Source: an uncultured candidate division Zixibacteria bacterium (GTDB taxonomy: Bacteria; Zixibacteria; MSB-5A5; GN15; FEB-12). From it: a stretch of DNA of 64,000 bases. The stretch covers positions 192,001-256,000 of the forward strand of contig CAVTJJ010000004.1 in the NCBI GenBank assembly GCA_963735035.1, written 5' to 3'. Numbering within the stretch: the stretch's first letter is position 1; every line of letters starts with the position of its first letter. The notes under the pieces were generated by a model. The model worked only from the letters and a program-made list of their open reading frames with translations. It was not told the origin of the DNA and ran no database searches. The position numbers and the translations under genes are program-made. Positions 11,441 through 21,282 of this stretch are shown here, in pieces.

Positions 11441-14005
11441 ATGATGCATAAAAGAACGCTTCATTCTTTGCTGATAGTCTCCTTTATAGTGGCATTCGCG
11501 TCGATGTCGTTCGCCGCGGACCAAGTCATTGTACAATCAAAGGCTGGTCTGCCGCGTTGCGTCGCTCAGGCTTCCACCGTTACGGCGAATATTGATGCGC
11601 CGATTAGCGCCCTGGAAGTAGTCCTGAACGTCAGCAACACCACGACTATCAGTGGTGTCGGCGTCGTCTGGAATCTGCCGGCTGGTGTCCTGACTGATCG
11701 GGTCATCGACCTCACGCAGTATCCTCTCATTCGCTTTGCCGCTATGAGCACCGGTCCGGTTGAGGAAAATTACGCCAACGGGACTGGTTTAGCAGTGGCT
11801 ACTATCAATTTCACTACTGCCGACAACTGCACTGCCACCGTCGACATCGCTGGTGCTATTTGGCCGAGTGCTCCGCCTCTCGGTGTCATCCAGACCCAGT
11901 TTGTCGTCGCTGGCACCGGTGCCATCGTCGAAGTGCCGGTGACCACTGGTACGATCGCTGTTGCCAACCAGGCTCCGGCTATCGCTGCCATCTCCGGCGG
12001 CCCGTTTGAGGTTCTTTTTGGAACTACGTTCACGAAGACCTTGAGCGCTACCGACGCTGATCTGGCCAACGGTTGCGAAAGCCTGACCTATTTCTTCTCA
12101 GGCGCCGCCCCGGCTGGCATGACCATCACCGGAAACGTGCTGAGCTGGACGCCGACTGGCGCTCAGGTTTGCGAATTCGCCGGTGACATCGTCGTTGGTG
12201 TCAAGGACAAGTGCAACGCCCAGAGCCTTGCTGCCGCCTTCAAGATCTGCGTTACCAACAACCCGCCGGCCTTCACGGCTGTGCCTCCGGCTATGACGGA
12301 AATCGCTTATGGTCAGACCTTTGCGTTTGATCTGAACGCCGTCGATCCGGATCCGGGTCCGTTTGGTCCGATCTATCACCTTGCTGCGGGATTCCCGGCC
12401 GGTATGACTATTAATAGCACTACTGGCGAGATCTCCTGGAACACTGGTGCCGAAGCTCCGTTTGGCGGCCTGTACACGATCACGGCTACCGTGACCGACG
12501 ACGCCGCTATTTGTGCCTGTGCTCCGGCGAATACCGACACCGTCACCTTCCAGATCAAGGTCCTGTTGATGCAGGTCGTGATCGACAAGGTTGAAGGTGC
12601 TTTCCTCGGTCAGCCGCATGTAGTCTCCATTTCCGTGTCGCCTGATACCTATTTCCAGACCCCGATTGGTGGTTTTGATTTCCTGGTTCAGTACGACAAT
12701 TCAGCCATGTCCTTCCAGTTTGCTGAAGAAGGTACCTTCCTCACCAACTGCGAATGGGAATACTTCACCTACCGTTATGGTGCGAATGGCAACTGCGGCT
12801 CGGGCGCCTGCCCGAGTGGCGTGCTTCGCGTAGTAGCGATGGGCGAAACCACCGGTGGCAACCTGGCTCACCATCCGATTTGCTCGGATATTACGGCCAA
12901 CGTTGAACTCGTAAAGCTGCACTTCCTGCTTTCGAGCGATGCCAACCTGGAGTGCCAGTTCGCTCCGATTCGGTTCGTATGGTACGATTGCGCGGATAAC
13001 GGTATCTCAAGCCAGGATGGACAGACCCTGTTCATGTCCGAATATGTTTGGGATTTCGCCGGCTTTGACGAGCACGATGCCCCGATCTTCAACGATATCA
13101 CTAATCATGATGTCACCATGCCGACGCTTACCGGTGCTCCGGCTCCGGAATGCGACGTGTTCACCCAGAAGGGTCGTCCGTGGCGCCTGGTGCACTTCAA
13201 TAACGGTGGTATCGACATCATCTGCGCCAACTTGATTGACGCCGTTGGTGATATCAACATCAACAATGTTGCGTACGAAATTGCCGACGCGGTCATGTTC
13301 ACCAACTACTTCGTGAACGGCCTGGCGGCTTTCGAAAGCCACATTGAAGGTTCAATCGCGGCCTCTGATACCAACAAAGACGGCCTCACGCTGACGGTTG
13401 CCGACCTGGTCTACTTGATCCGGGTCATCATTGGCGATGCTCAGCCGTATGCGAAGCTCACCCCGGTGGCTGCTCGTATGACGGTTGACAAAGCTGGTGT
13501 CCTCGGTATTGATCAGGCCATGGGTGCCGTTCATGTTGTCCTCGCTGGCAACGTGACCCCGACCCTGTTGGCTGGTAACATGGAAATGCAGTATGGCTTC
13601 AACGGCCAGAACACCAACGTTATCGTGTGGTCACGCGAAGGCAATTCCTTCAATGGCAACTTCCTCCGTACAAACGGTGAGATTGTTGGTCAGCCTGAGT
13701 TTGCCACAGCCAGCGGCCAGCCGGTCACTCTTGATGTGATGCCGGCCAGCTTCGAGCTGAATCAGAACTACCCGAACCCGTTCAACCCGACGACGTCGAT
13801 CAAGATCGGCATCCCGGATAAGGGCATCGAGTGGAAACTGAATATCTACAACGTAACCGGTCAGCTCGTTCAGAGCTTCTCCGGCGTGTCCGTGGGTTAC
13901 GATGTCGTAACTTGGGATGCTACGAACCTGTCCTCCGGCGTCTACTTCTACAAGTTGACGGCGGGTCAGTACAGCGCCACGAAGAAGGCCGTCCTCCTGA
14001 AGTAA
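11441..14005 (+). CDS. Secreted surface protein: cohesin-like, two Ig/cadherin-like, cohesin-like and dockerin-like domains plus T9SS-type C-terminal sorting domain
   Basis: AAAGGAG RBS; NQAP/NNPP...PAGMTI...SW Ig repeats; IGGFDFLVQYD; GDININN...ADAVMF and SDTNKDG..TVADLVYL; LNQNYPNPFNPTT...SSGVYFYKL..KKAVLLK. Confidence 0.85.
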   Translation: MMHKRTLHSLLIVSFIVAFASMSFAADQVIVQSKAGLPRCVAQASTVTANIDAPISALEVVLNVSNTTTISGVGVVWNLPAGVLTDRVIDLTQYPLIRFAAMSTGPVEENYANGTGLAVATINFTTADNCTATVDIAGAIWPSAPPLGVIQTQFVVAGTGAIVEVPVTTGTIAVANQAPAIAAISGGPFEVLFGTTFTKTLSATDADLANGCESLTYFFSGAAPAGMTITGNVLSWTPTGAQVCEFAGDIVVGVKDKCNAQSLAAAFKICVTNNPPAFTAVPPAMTEIAYGQTFAFDLNAVDPDPGPFGPIYHLAAGFPAGMTINSTTGEISWNTGAEAPFGGLYTITATVTDDAAICACAPANTDTVTFQIKVLLMQVVIDKVEGAFLGQPHVVSISVSPDTYFQTPIGGFDFLVQYDNSAMSFQFAEEGTFLTNCEWEYFTYRYGANGNCGSGACPSGVLRVVAMGETTGGNLAHHPICSDITANVELVKLHFLLSSDANLECQFAPIRFVWYDCADNGISSQDGQTLFMSEYVWDFAGFDEHDAPIFNDITNHDVTMPTLTGAPAPECDVFTQKGRPWRLVHFNNGGIDIICANLIDAVGDININNVAYEIADAVMFTNYFVNGLAAFESHIEGSIAASDTNKDGLTLTVADLVYLIRVIIGDAQPYAKLTPVAARMTVDKAGVLGIDQAMGAVHVVLAGNVTPTLLAGNMEMQYGFNGQNTNVIVWSREGNSFNGNFLRTNGEIVGQPEFATASGQPVTLDVMPASFELNQNYPNPFNPTTSIKIGIPDKGIEWKLNIYNVTGQLVQSFSGVSVGYDVVTWDATNLSSGVYFYKLTAGQYSATKKAVLLK

Positions 14006-14044
14006 GGAAGATTCCTTCGACGTAAGCTGACAAGTGTCAGAACG

Positions 14045-14086
14045 GAAGAGCCTCCTCCGCTTCGGCGGATGGGGCTCTTCTCATTT
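14045..14086 (+). terminator. Hairpin terminator, probably bidirectional
   Basis: GAAGAGCCTCCTCCGC-TTCG-GCGGATGGGGCTCTTC between convergent genes. Confidence 0.7.
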
Positions 14087-14109
14087 GGTCAGTCGAGAAA
14101 ATGGGTCGA

Positions 14110-14880
14110 TCAGTTGGAACGGCGGGATTCGGGGTCGAGCGCCCGGTTTACAAGAGAGATTAGTTCATCGGAAGGACACGGGCGCGGGATCCAGCCGACC
14201 GCCCCAAGTTTTCCCCGAATAGATTCCATCTCTTCCAAATCGCCGGAAGGACCGGTCAAGAAAAGGGGAAGTTCGGGGCAGACCCGACGAAGGCGTTCGA
14301 GTTGGGCGGTTTCGGAAGTCTGACCATCAAATCCGGCTATGACCATGTCGAAATTCCCGCGCTGCAACTCTTCCAGGGCTTCATCTCCGCCCGCCACCGC
14401 GAAGGGCAGGTAGTCTCCGGTCGAAAGCATCTCGGCCAGGTTTTCACTGGCTACCGGGTCGGAGACGTTGATGAGAATCCTTCGGGGAGGTGTTGGCCGA
14501 TGTCCGGTACGCGCTACGGCCAGGGTTGCTTCAATTAGTTCTTCCAGGAGCTCAATTCGGAACGGCTTGCTCAGGTATCCGTCGGGCGCGGCGGCGGCCA
14601 TGGTTTCTTCGGACACGACCCCGGTGATGAACAAGACAGGGAGCAGGGGATAGGCGCGGCGGATCCGCTTCAGCAGCGTGATGCCGTCCATGTTAGGCAT
14701 CTTGATGTCGGTGATCAAGAGGTTGTAGTAGTGGGACTCATGTTCTCGCAAGAGCAGGAGTGCTTCGACACCGTCCGACGCGGAATCGGATTCGTACCCT
14801 ACGGCTGACAAAGTATCGACCAGCAGCGCCCGCAGCAGCGGCTCATCATCGACAACCAGGATTCTGCCTTTTGATGACAT
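14110..14880 (-). CDS. Response regulator: receiver plus degenerate receiver
   Basis: ILVVDDEP, LITDIKMP, SKPF in the N-terminal half; second REC-like half lacks the phospho-Asp motif. Confidence 0.85.
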   Translation of the reverse strand: MSSKGRILVVDDEPLLRALLVDTLSAVGYESDSASDGVEALLLLREHESHYYNLLITDIKMPNMDGITLLKRIRRAYPLLPVLFITGVVSEETMAAAAPDGYLSKPFRIELLEELIEATLAVARTGHRPTPPRRILINVSDPVASENLAEMLSTGDYLPFAVAGGDEALEELQRGNFDMVIAGFDGQTSETAQLERLRRVCPELPLFLTGPSGDLEEMESIRGKLGAVGWIPRPCPSDELISLVNRALDPESRRSN

Positions 14881-15182
14881 CGCTCAACCTCGTCTGATAC
14901 CGAATGTTTCGTCGGTACCGGTAATATTTCTCAATACGTTCGGGCCCTTCTGATCTCAAGGTCTACAACTGTCACGGCATACGGTTCCACTTTCAATTCG
15001 ATCCCTTCATCCTACCGCGCTTGTTGTCTGTCCCACCGCATATCCGTCTTCACCCCCGCCGCACACTATCGCCTCCACCAGTCGAGATCAAGTTAGAACT
15101 TTGGGAAATCCCTATATGACTTCAGTCTCAATTGCGAGATATTAGTGTTCCTAGCGGCGGGGAAGGCGAAAATTGAGTATAA

Positions 15183-15944
15183 TTGATCGATGCCGTTTCT
15201 GAACTGAGGTTTCGATGCGACAAATTTTCCGGCCTGATGGTTGCGATACTTCTCATAGTCCCCCCTGGTGTTTCCGCCGGGCCTATTCTTACTCTGTCGG
15301 AAAAGATGTTCGACTTTGGTTACGCCCCGCAGAACTCCAAGATTTCGCATGTATTCTGGCTGTACAATACCGGTGATAGCGACCTCAAGATCACGAAAGT
15401 GACTCCCGGGTGTGGTTGTACCCAGGCGCCGCTTGACAAGCAAGACGTGCCTCCGGGCGACAGCGCCCGCCTAGAGATCATTTTCTCGACCCGGCTCTAC
15501 TTCAATAACGTGAGCAAATCACCGGTTATCGAGTGCGAAGGTATGGAGAAACCGACCCCGGTGACGGTTGCCAGCTATGTTATTCCGCGCTCCGATTCGG
15601 CCCATCCGCTGGTACTGGAACCGTTCAAGCTCGACATTTCGCAGTATGGCAGTGAGGTTCGTGACCGGGCGACTTTTTCGATTACCAATGTTTCTGACAA
15701 TGAATTGTCGTTATCGACAATAACCGATGTCGGTACGTACGGTGTGCTGACATTGCCGAATCGGATCGGCCCGAAGGGAACGGTCGAGGCCACGCTCGTG
15801 CTCAAACCGGACGTTCTGGGGACCGAGTTGACGGAGTCATTTACATTTCAGGTGAGCGACTCTGCGAAGACTCGCTACACGGTGCCGGTGCGGCGAAGGC
15901 TGAAAGATCCTCGGGTAGGGGAGATGATTGCGCCGGGGGAGTGA
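15183..15944 (+). CDS. DUF1573-like Ig-fold secreted protein
   Basis: FDFG...FWLYNTGDSDLKITKVTPGCGCT...PPGDSARL; true start may be ATG 15215 (GAGG RBS) with an indel. Confidence 0.8.
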   Translation: MIDAVSELRFRCDKFSGLMVAILLIVPPGVSAGPILTLSEKMFDFGYAPQNSKISHVFWLYNTGDSDLKITKVTPGCGCTQAPLDKQDVPPGDSARLEIIFSTRLYFNNVSKSPVIECEGMEKPTPVTVASYVIPRSDSAHPLVLEPFKLDISQYGSEVRDRATFSITNVSDNELSLSTITDVGTYGVLTLPNRIGPKGTVEATLVLKPDVLGTELTESFTFQVSDSAKTRYTVPVRRRLKDPRVGEMIAPGE

Positions 15945-15960
15945 GGGGGAATGAATCTTT

Positions 15961-16022
15961 GTAGGGCGAGTTTGATCTCAAACCCGCCTGAATGCGGCAG
16001 ATGTGGACATCTGCCGGGCACG
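15961..16022. repeat. GTAG-type REP plus CGGCAGATG palindrome
   Basis: GTAGGGCGAGTTTGATCTCAAACCCGCC followed by GCGGCAGATGTGGACATCTGCCGGGCAC. Confidence 0.8.
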
Positions 16023-16064
16023 GTGCAATTCATAGCTTCCCGGGGCAAGAACCTGCCATCGGGC

Positions 16065-16823
16065 TTACAACCTATGCACCACCCAGACATTCGGCTCGAT
16101 GTACACACCGCGATCTTGCTGCACGTCGATCTGAACCGGCACCAACGCGCCGGGCACTTCGTAGTCACCTGTTTTCGGGAAGCTCATCTTGGTCCATGAC
16201 TCCCATTCGGAAACCGTGCCGGTGATCCGCATCGCCCGGTAACACGGCTTGATGATCTTGGCGCCCAGTCGAGCGTGTACCCTCAGCCAGGGATCATAGG
16301 GGAGACCATCATTGTTCTTCCAGCAAATGTATTCATCTATGGAGACGTGCGGGTCTTCGGACTTACGGTTCGGACGTACCGGTGCGATCAAACCCTGAAG
16401 GCCGTGCGCCTGTCCGATCGCTTTCATGGCGCGGACCGCGTGAGTACTGATACCCTTGCCGCGGTTGTCGCCGAAGACTACTATTTGCAGGGCACACAAA
16501 TAGTTTGGTTTGCGCCCCGCGACAACATCATCTATCCCTTTGGCAAGCGCCCAGTCCCAACCTTCGTACGGGAGATTCTCGAGTTTCTTGTCCCAGAAGA
16601 GGGGAATGGAATTCGCGATAGCGACCGTTTCGTTAGAGCCGGGATCGACCAGAACAAATTGAAAATCGGGCAGCTTCTCATAGCACAACGATAGTTTCAG
16701 TGCGACCGGGTCGTGAAGCATGAATTCGGGCCATTCGGCGCCGATACGTTTCTGTTCCTGAAGGAGCAAGTCGTGGTTGTCGCGACATGTGATTATGCGG
16801 AAGGGATTGTCAAGCTGAGTCAT
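16065..16823 (-). CDS. GNAT-like N-acetyltransferase
   Basis: WPEFMLHD, NRGKGIS acetyl-CoA-binding motif, LIAPVRP, PYDPWLRVHARLGAKI. Confidence 0.8.
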   Translation of the reverse strand: MTQLDNPFRIITCRDNHDLLLQEQKRIGAEWPEFMLHDPVALKLSLCYEKLPDFQFVLVDPGSNETVAIANSIPLFWDKKLENLPYEGWDWALAKGIDDVVAGRKPNYLCALQIVVFGDNRGKGISTHAVRAMKAIGQAHGLQGLIAPVRPNRKSEDPHVSIDEYICWKNNDGLPYDPWLRVHARLGAKIIKPCYRAMRITGTVSEWESWTKMSFPKTGDYEVPGALVPVQIDVQQDRGVYIEPNVWVVHRL

Positions 16824-16852
16824 GGTGTCTTTCTCGAATAGGTGTGACTCTT

Positions 16853-17005
16853 ATAGGGCGGGTCTGCTTCAAACCCGCCAGAACGCGGCAGATGTGGACC
16901 CGCCGCGGCGGGCCAGGCACATATAGCACAATTGTCGGGTTGCTCGTCTTTCGCTTCGCTCAGGACTCGTGAACCCGACCTACTAGGTCGTGAACCTGAC
17001 CTACT
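16853..17005. repeat. REP cluster
   Basis: TAGGGCGGGTCTGCTTCAAACCCGCC; TGTCGGGTTGCTCGT...GAACCCGACCTAC. Confidence 0.8.
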
Positions 17006-17336
17006 GATTCATGGCGCGGACAAAATCCTCTCGTACCGGGTGGAAGACATCGACTATATAGCAGCGCTTAATGGCACGGGCGGAATGTGGCGTCATTGGG
17101 GCAAGAATCAGCGCTTGACCGGGTTTCAGTATGACAGTCTTCTCCTCGACTACCAACTCTAATTCTCCCTCGATGACATTGACAGTCTGCTCGTTGTGGT
17201 GCGTGTGCTGAGGGATATGAGCGCCTTCGTCGAGAATGACGTGGGCAATGCTGGCATTTCCAGTATTGACTACACGGGCGCGGATGCCGGGCGCGAGTTG
17301 GAGTTCCTTGAGTTTGTTAAGATCAATCATTGGCAT
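17001..17336 (-). CDS. Cupin domain protein
   Basis: PQHTHHNEQ..VIEGEL, PHSA, DVFHPVREDF. Confidence 0.9.
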   Translation of the reverse strand: MPMIDLNKLKELQLAPGIRARVVNTGNASIAHVILDEGAHIPQHTHHNEQTVNVIEGELELVVEEKTVILKPGQALILAPMTPHSARAIKRCYIVDVFHPVREDFVRAMNQ

Positions 17337-17430
17337 ATTCTAACTCCTCTTCGTAGGGCGGGTTTGCTTCATACCCGCCGATTTCTTGTAAGCTCATGGC
17401 AGCAGTTTTGTAGGTCAGGCCTACTCGACG

Positions 17431-17934
17431 TGATGTCTGAAACCCACACCTCGTTCGGCCGATCCACCGTAAACCGACGGTTCAAGACATTCGGTGCCAC
17501 CGGCAGATGATGCCCGGAATCCGTGGTTACCCGGAACCGCTTGATCGTCTTGGACCGAATTCCCGCCTGTCGCATCAGACGGGCCACCCGATTCTCACTA
17601 CAGGGCAGACCCCGCGCTCGGAGCTCTTCGGTCACCCGAGGCGAACCGTAGATCCCTCGACTCTCTCGATGGATAACCCTGATCTCAACCAGCAGTCGCC
17701 GATCCTCACGGGTCCGCTGGCTCTCCGTACGATCCAACCACGCGTAATAACCACTACGGCTGAGCCCTAAAACCCGACACAAACTAACCACGGGAAACAA
17801 CTCCTGATGTTGTTGCACAAACTGGTACCTCACGGAGAGCGTCGACTGAATACAGCCAAGGCTTTTTTTAAGATGTCCCGCTCCTCAGTCACTTCGGCCA
17901 ATTGCCGTCGCAACCGCTTGACATCATCCGCGGG
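17431..17934 (-). mobile_element. Internal fragment of an IS3-family element (orfA end to orfB N-terminal half), no terminal IRs seen
   Basis: orfA tail DVKRLRRQLAEVTEERDILKKALAVFS, A7G slippery site at 17862-17869, orfB LCRVLGLSRSGYY...YGSPRV...NVLNRRFTVDRPNEVWVSDIT truncated. Confidence 0.9.
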
Positions 17935-17951
17935 CCTGACACCTTTTGTTC

Positions 17952-17978
17952 GTCAGGCGTCAAGTCCGCCTGACCTAC
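17952..17978 (-). repeat. GTAG REP
   Basis: Reverse complement GTAGGTCAGGCGGACTTGACGCCTGAC is identical to 23429-23455. Confidence 0.85.
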
Positions 17979-18038
17979 GATCTTCGATTGTCGTGCCAGG
18001 AAGCGGTAGACGCGGACCTCTGCCGCCTACCAAACACA

Positions 18039-18803
18039 TCACGTCTTCTTCACCGCTACAATCATCATCTCGATCTCATCCAACTCCAGCGGGCCTTTGC
18101 GCCAGTTGCCGGCGGTGCTGCCCCACACATGAAGTGTCTCGAACCCGGCAACCATGAGCATCAGTATCAACTCAGACGCTACATACCCGCGTTCGCGTAT
18201 CTCTATCGATTTCTTTCCCTCGGGTGTGTCGATTTCCATCTTATACCATTCGATCATAGTGAAGGGATCGAAGCGGCCACTGGCGACATCATCGTTGGTC
18301 AGGCGACGAAATTTCTCGGCGCCGTTGAGCGCGTTCAGGATCAATTTCGCGCCCGGTTTGAGGGCGGCATGGATGCGTTTGAGAATCTCCAGGTCGTGCT
18401 GAAGCGGGTCATCGTCCTGGCCGATCAGTCCGAACGATCCCTCGCAGAGACAGATGGCGGCATCGAACCGGCTCTCGAAAGACATCCGGGTGGCGTCGGC
18501 CTGAACCAACACCACTTCAACTCCGGCGTCATTGGCGGCTTGATTTGCTTTAGCCAACATACCAGATGACAGATCAACCCCGGTCATCCGGTAGCCCTTC
18601 TTAGCCAGACCGACCGTATGTCGTCCGGTGCCGCAGCCGACATCGAGAATGGAACTGCCGATAGGTAGGGCCAGTTCGCTTGCCAGAAATTCAACTTCAG
18701 CGGCGGTGTTCTGGGTGAAGACTTCGTTGTTGTATTTGGCGGCATGGGCGTCGAAGAAGACTTCCCAGCGGTTCTTTTGGTTCTTGTGATTTTGCTCGGA
18801 CAT
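18039..18803 (-). CDS. Class I SAM-dependent methyltransferase
   Basis: ILDVGCGTGRH, GVDLSSGML, QADAT; start taken at MSEQN. Confidence 0.9.
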   Translation of the reverse strand: MSEQNHKNQKNRWEVFFDAHAAKYNNEVFTQNTAAEVEFLASELALPIGSSILDVGCGTGRHTVGLAKKGYRMTGVDLSSGMLAKANQAANDAGVEVVLVQADATRMSFESRFDAAICLCEGSFGLIGQDDDPLQHDLEILKRIHAALKPGAKLILNALNGAEKFRRLTNDDVASGRFDPFTMIEWYKMEIDTPEGKKSIEIRERGYVASELILMLMVAGFETLHVWGSTAGNWRKGPLELDEIEMMIVAVKKT

Positions 18804-19089
18804 AACTGACTCTTGTTCGCAACGGTCGCCTGGTGTCTTCTTTCGATATCTCTCCAAGAATAATAACGCCGAGGAGATATTGCAAGGCTACCCTACGAAA
18901 GCTACTTGTAAGCGGCAGATGTGGGCATCTGCCGGGCACTTAAGCAAGATACCCTCAGAGAACCCGGCTTCGACAGGCTCAGCCTGACTTTAGTTCCAGA
19001 GTAGACCTTGGTGCATCCAGCCAGACGCGCCAGAAAATCGCCATTGCCAGCCGCTTTGAAATGCCGTAACTTATTGGGCTGTATACTGT

Positions 19090-19171
19090 GCGAAAGTGGC
19101 GGAATTGGTAGACGCACTGGACTTAGGATCCAGTTCCGTAAGGAGTGGGGGTTCGAGTCCCCCCTTTCGCA
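19090..19171 (+). tRNA. tRNA-Leu(TAG)
   Basis: GCGAAAG/CTTTCGC acceptor stem, CTGGA-CTTAGGA-TCCAG anticodon arm, long variable arm, GTTCGAGTC T-loop; CCA not encoded. Confidence 0.95.
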
Positions 19172-19307
19172 GATTCGCCGTTCACCGGGCCGGAACCAAT
19201 CCGACCCAGGGCTGTCTTATGTATGGACGCTCTGTCCTCGCCACCGAGGCCTGAAAGCGTCCAGCCGAGACAGAAAACCGGCTGAGCCACAAGAAGTTGG
19301 AGACGTT

Positions 19308-20567
19308 GTGAAAGTAGAAGTCGAAAGCGGCCAGGGCCTTACCCGAAAACTGAGCGTCGAAATCCCCGCTCAAACGTTCAACTCCGAGATGGAGAAGAAA
19401 CTGACGGAGCTCAGCCGCACCGTCACCCTCAAGGGATTCCGCAAGGGCAACGCGCCGCTCGAAATGATCCGCTCCCAGTTCGGTGATCAAGTCAAGGCCG
19501 ACGTGGTTGACGATCTGTTCCGCCAGAGTCTTTCGAACGCGATCGATACCCATAAGCTGAAACTCGCCGGTCGTCCCACCGTGACCGCGCTCGATCTCTC
19601 CGACGACGGCACGCTGTCGTACAAGGCCGAGATCGAAATCTTTCCGGAGATCGAGCGGGTAGTATACGACGGTCTCTCGCTTCAAGCGGTGGAGTTGAAA
19701 GTAGAAGACTCCGAAGTCAATGAGTTTGTCGAGCATTATCGTAAACAGCTTTCGGAACTTCGGGTGCTGAGTCGTCCGGCCACGGATCAGGATGTCGTAG
19801 TGGTCGATCTGACCAAACTATCGGATCCGAAAAAGGCCCTTCCGACTGATTCCTTCCCGGACTCTCAAATCGACCTGTCCAATCCGGCGACGATCAAGGA
19901 ATTCCGTAAGCATCTGCCGGGTTTGAAGGCGGGCGACGAACGGGACATCGAAGTCGTTTATGACGATGACTACTCCGATCCGGCCTTCGCCGGTGCTCAC
20001 ATAACTTACAAGTGCACGGTGAAATCGGTCAACGAACGTCTCCTGCCGCAAGTCGATGACGCTTTTGCGAAGCGCTCTGGGCTGGGCGAGACCGCCCTTG
20101 AGTTCCGTCTCAAAGTCCGCGAGCAGTTGTTGAAAGAGCGGGAAATCACTCAAAAGCGAACCCATCGGCGTGAAGTAGTCGATCTGATCTGCAGCCGCAA
20201 CGAGATCCCGATCCCTGAAGGACCGATCAACGAATACCTCGATACTCTGGTTGAGGATTTCCGCAAGGAGGGGGAAGAGTTCGACGAGCCGAAAGTCCGG
20301 GAGCAGTATCGGCCGGTAGGGATACGGTCAATGCGCTGGGATTTGCTCTGGCGCAAGCTGGTGGAGCAAGAGAAGATTGAAGTTTTGCCCGAAGATACCG
20401 AAAATTGGATCAAGGGCTTTGCAGCCTATCATAGTGTGACGCCTGAGCAGGCTCGCGAGAGTTTGCGGAAGGCCGGCAAGATGCGGGAATTGCGCGATTC
20501 GATCCTGGAAGACAAAGTGGTCAATTTCCTTCTGGGCAAGGCCGCCATGGTCCCGACGAAGAAGTAA
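19308..20567 (+). CDS. tig: Trigger factor
   Basis: KGFRKGNAP ribosome-binding motif; lies between tRNA-Leu and clpP; GTG start after GGAGA. Confidence 0.95.
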   Translation: MKVEVESGQGLTRKLSVEIPAQTFNSEMEKKLTELSRTVTLKGFRKGNAPLEMIRSQFGDQVKADVVDDLFRQSLSNAIDTHKLKLAGRPTVTALDLSDDGTLSYKAEIEIFPEIERVVYDGLSLQAVELKVEDSEVNEFVEHYRKQLSELRVLSRPATDQDVVVVDLTKLSDPKKALPTDSFPDSQIDLSNPATIKEFRKHLPGLKAGDERDIEVVYDDDYSDPAFAGAHITYKCTVKSVNERLLPQVDDAFAKRSGLGETALEFRLKVREQLLKEREITQKRTHRREVVDLICSRNEIPIPEGPINEYLDTLVEDFRKEGEEFDEPKVREQYRPVGIRSMRWDLLWRKLVEQEKIEVLPEDTENWIKGFAAYHSVTPEQARESLRKAGKMRELRDSILEDKVVNFLLGKAAMVPTKK

Positions 20568-20620
20568 GAAAAGATTTGTGAATACGTCGGCGCCTCCGAG
20601 GCGCCAAAGGAAAAGGATTT

Positions 20621-21238
20621 ATGCAGGACAAACTGATGAGTTACAATCTGGTTCCGATGGTGGTAGAGCAAACCGGGCGCGGCGAACGGGCCTATGACAT
20701 TTTCTCCCGTCTGCTCAAGGATAGAATCATTTTCATCGGTACGCCCATCGACGATAACGTGGCCAACCTGGTCGTGGCCCAGATGCTGTTTCTCGAAGCC
20801 GAAGACCCCGATAAAGATATCTTCGTGTATATCAACACGCCGGGTGGGTCGGTAACCGCGATGCTGGCGATGTATGACACCATGCAGTTCATCAAACCGG
20901 ATGTCGCGACCATGTGCATGGGTCTGGCCGCGTCGGCCGGAGCGTTCCTGCTGATGGCGGGCACGGCGGGCAAGCGCGCGGCGCTTCCCAATAGCCGGAT
21001 CATGATTCATCAGCCGCTGGGCGGCGCTCAGGGGCAGGTTTCGGATATGGTCATCATGACCGAGGAAGCCAAAAAGACCCGTCAGAAGATCAACGAATTG
21101 CTGGCCAAACATACCGGCCAGCCGCTCGATAAAATCGAGAAAGACACCGACCGGAACTATTTCATGTCGCCGGAAGAAGCGAAAGACTACGGGCTGATCG
21201 ACAAGATTTACATCTCCAAGCGGCAGGAAAAGAAGTAA
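20621..21238 (+). CDS. clpP: ATP-dependent Clp protease proteolytic subunit
   Basis: [39 protein letters not shown]. Confidence 0.98.
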   Translation: MQDKLMSYNLVPMVVEQTGRGERAYDIFSRLLKDRIIFIGTPIDDNVANLVVAQMLFLEAEDPDKDIFVYINTPGGSVTAMLAMYDTMQFIKPDVATMCMGLAASAGAFLLMAGTAGKRAALPNSRIMIHQPLGGAQGQVSDMVIMTEEAKKTRQKINELLAKHTGQPLDKIEKDTDRNYFMSPEEAKDYGLIDKIYISKRQEKK

Positions 21239-21282
21239 CGCGTCAGCGTTTCATGGGATGAATGTGAAGTGAAAGAAGGAAA

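Noticed and set aside
15961..18940. Classical integron
   Set aside because: No tyrosine integrase in the window, and I could not identify RYYYAAC/GTTRRRY-bounded attC sites; the boundaries are REP-type palindromes.
19008..19307. 100-aa N-terminal extension of trigger factor in the ORF track
   Set aside because: It overlaps tRNA-Leu; the real start is GTG 19308 with an RBS.
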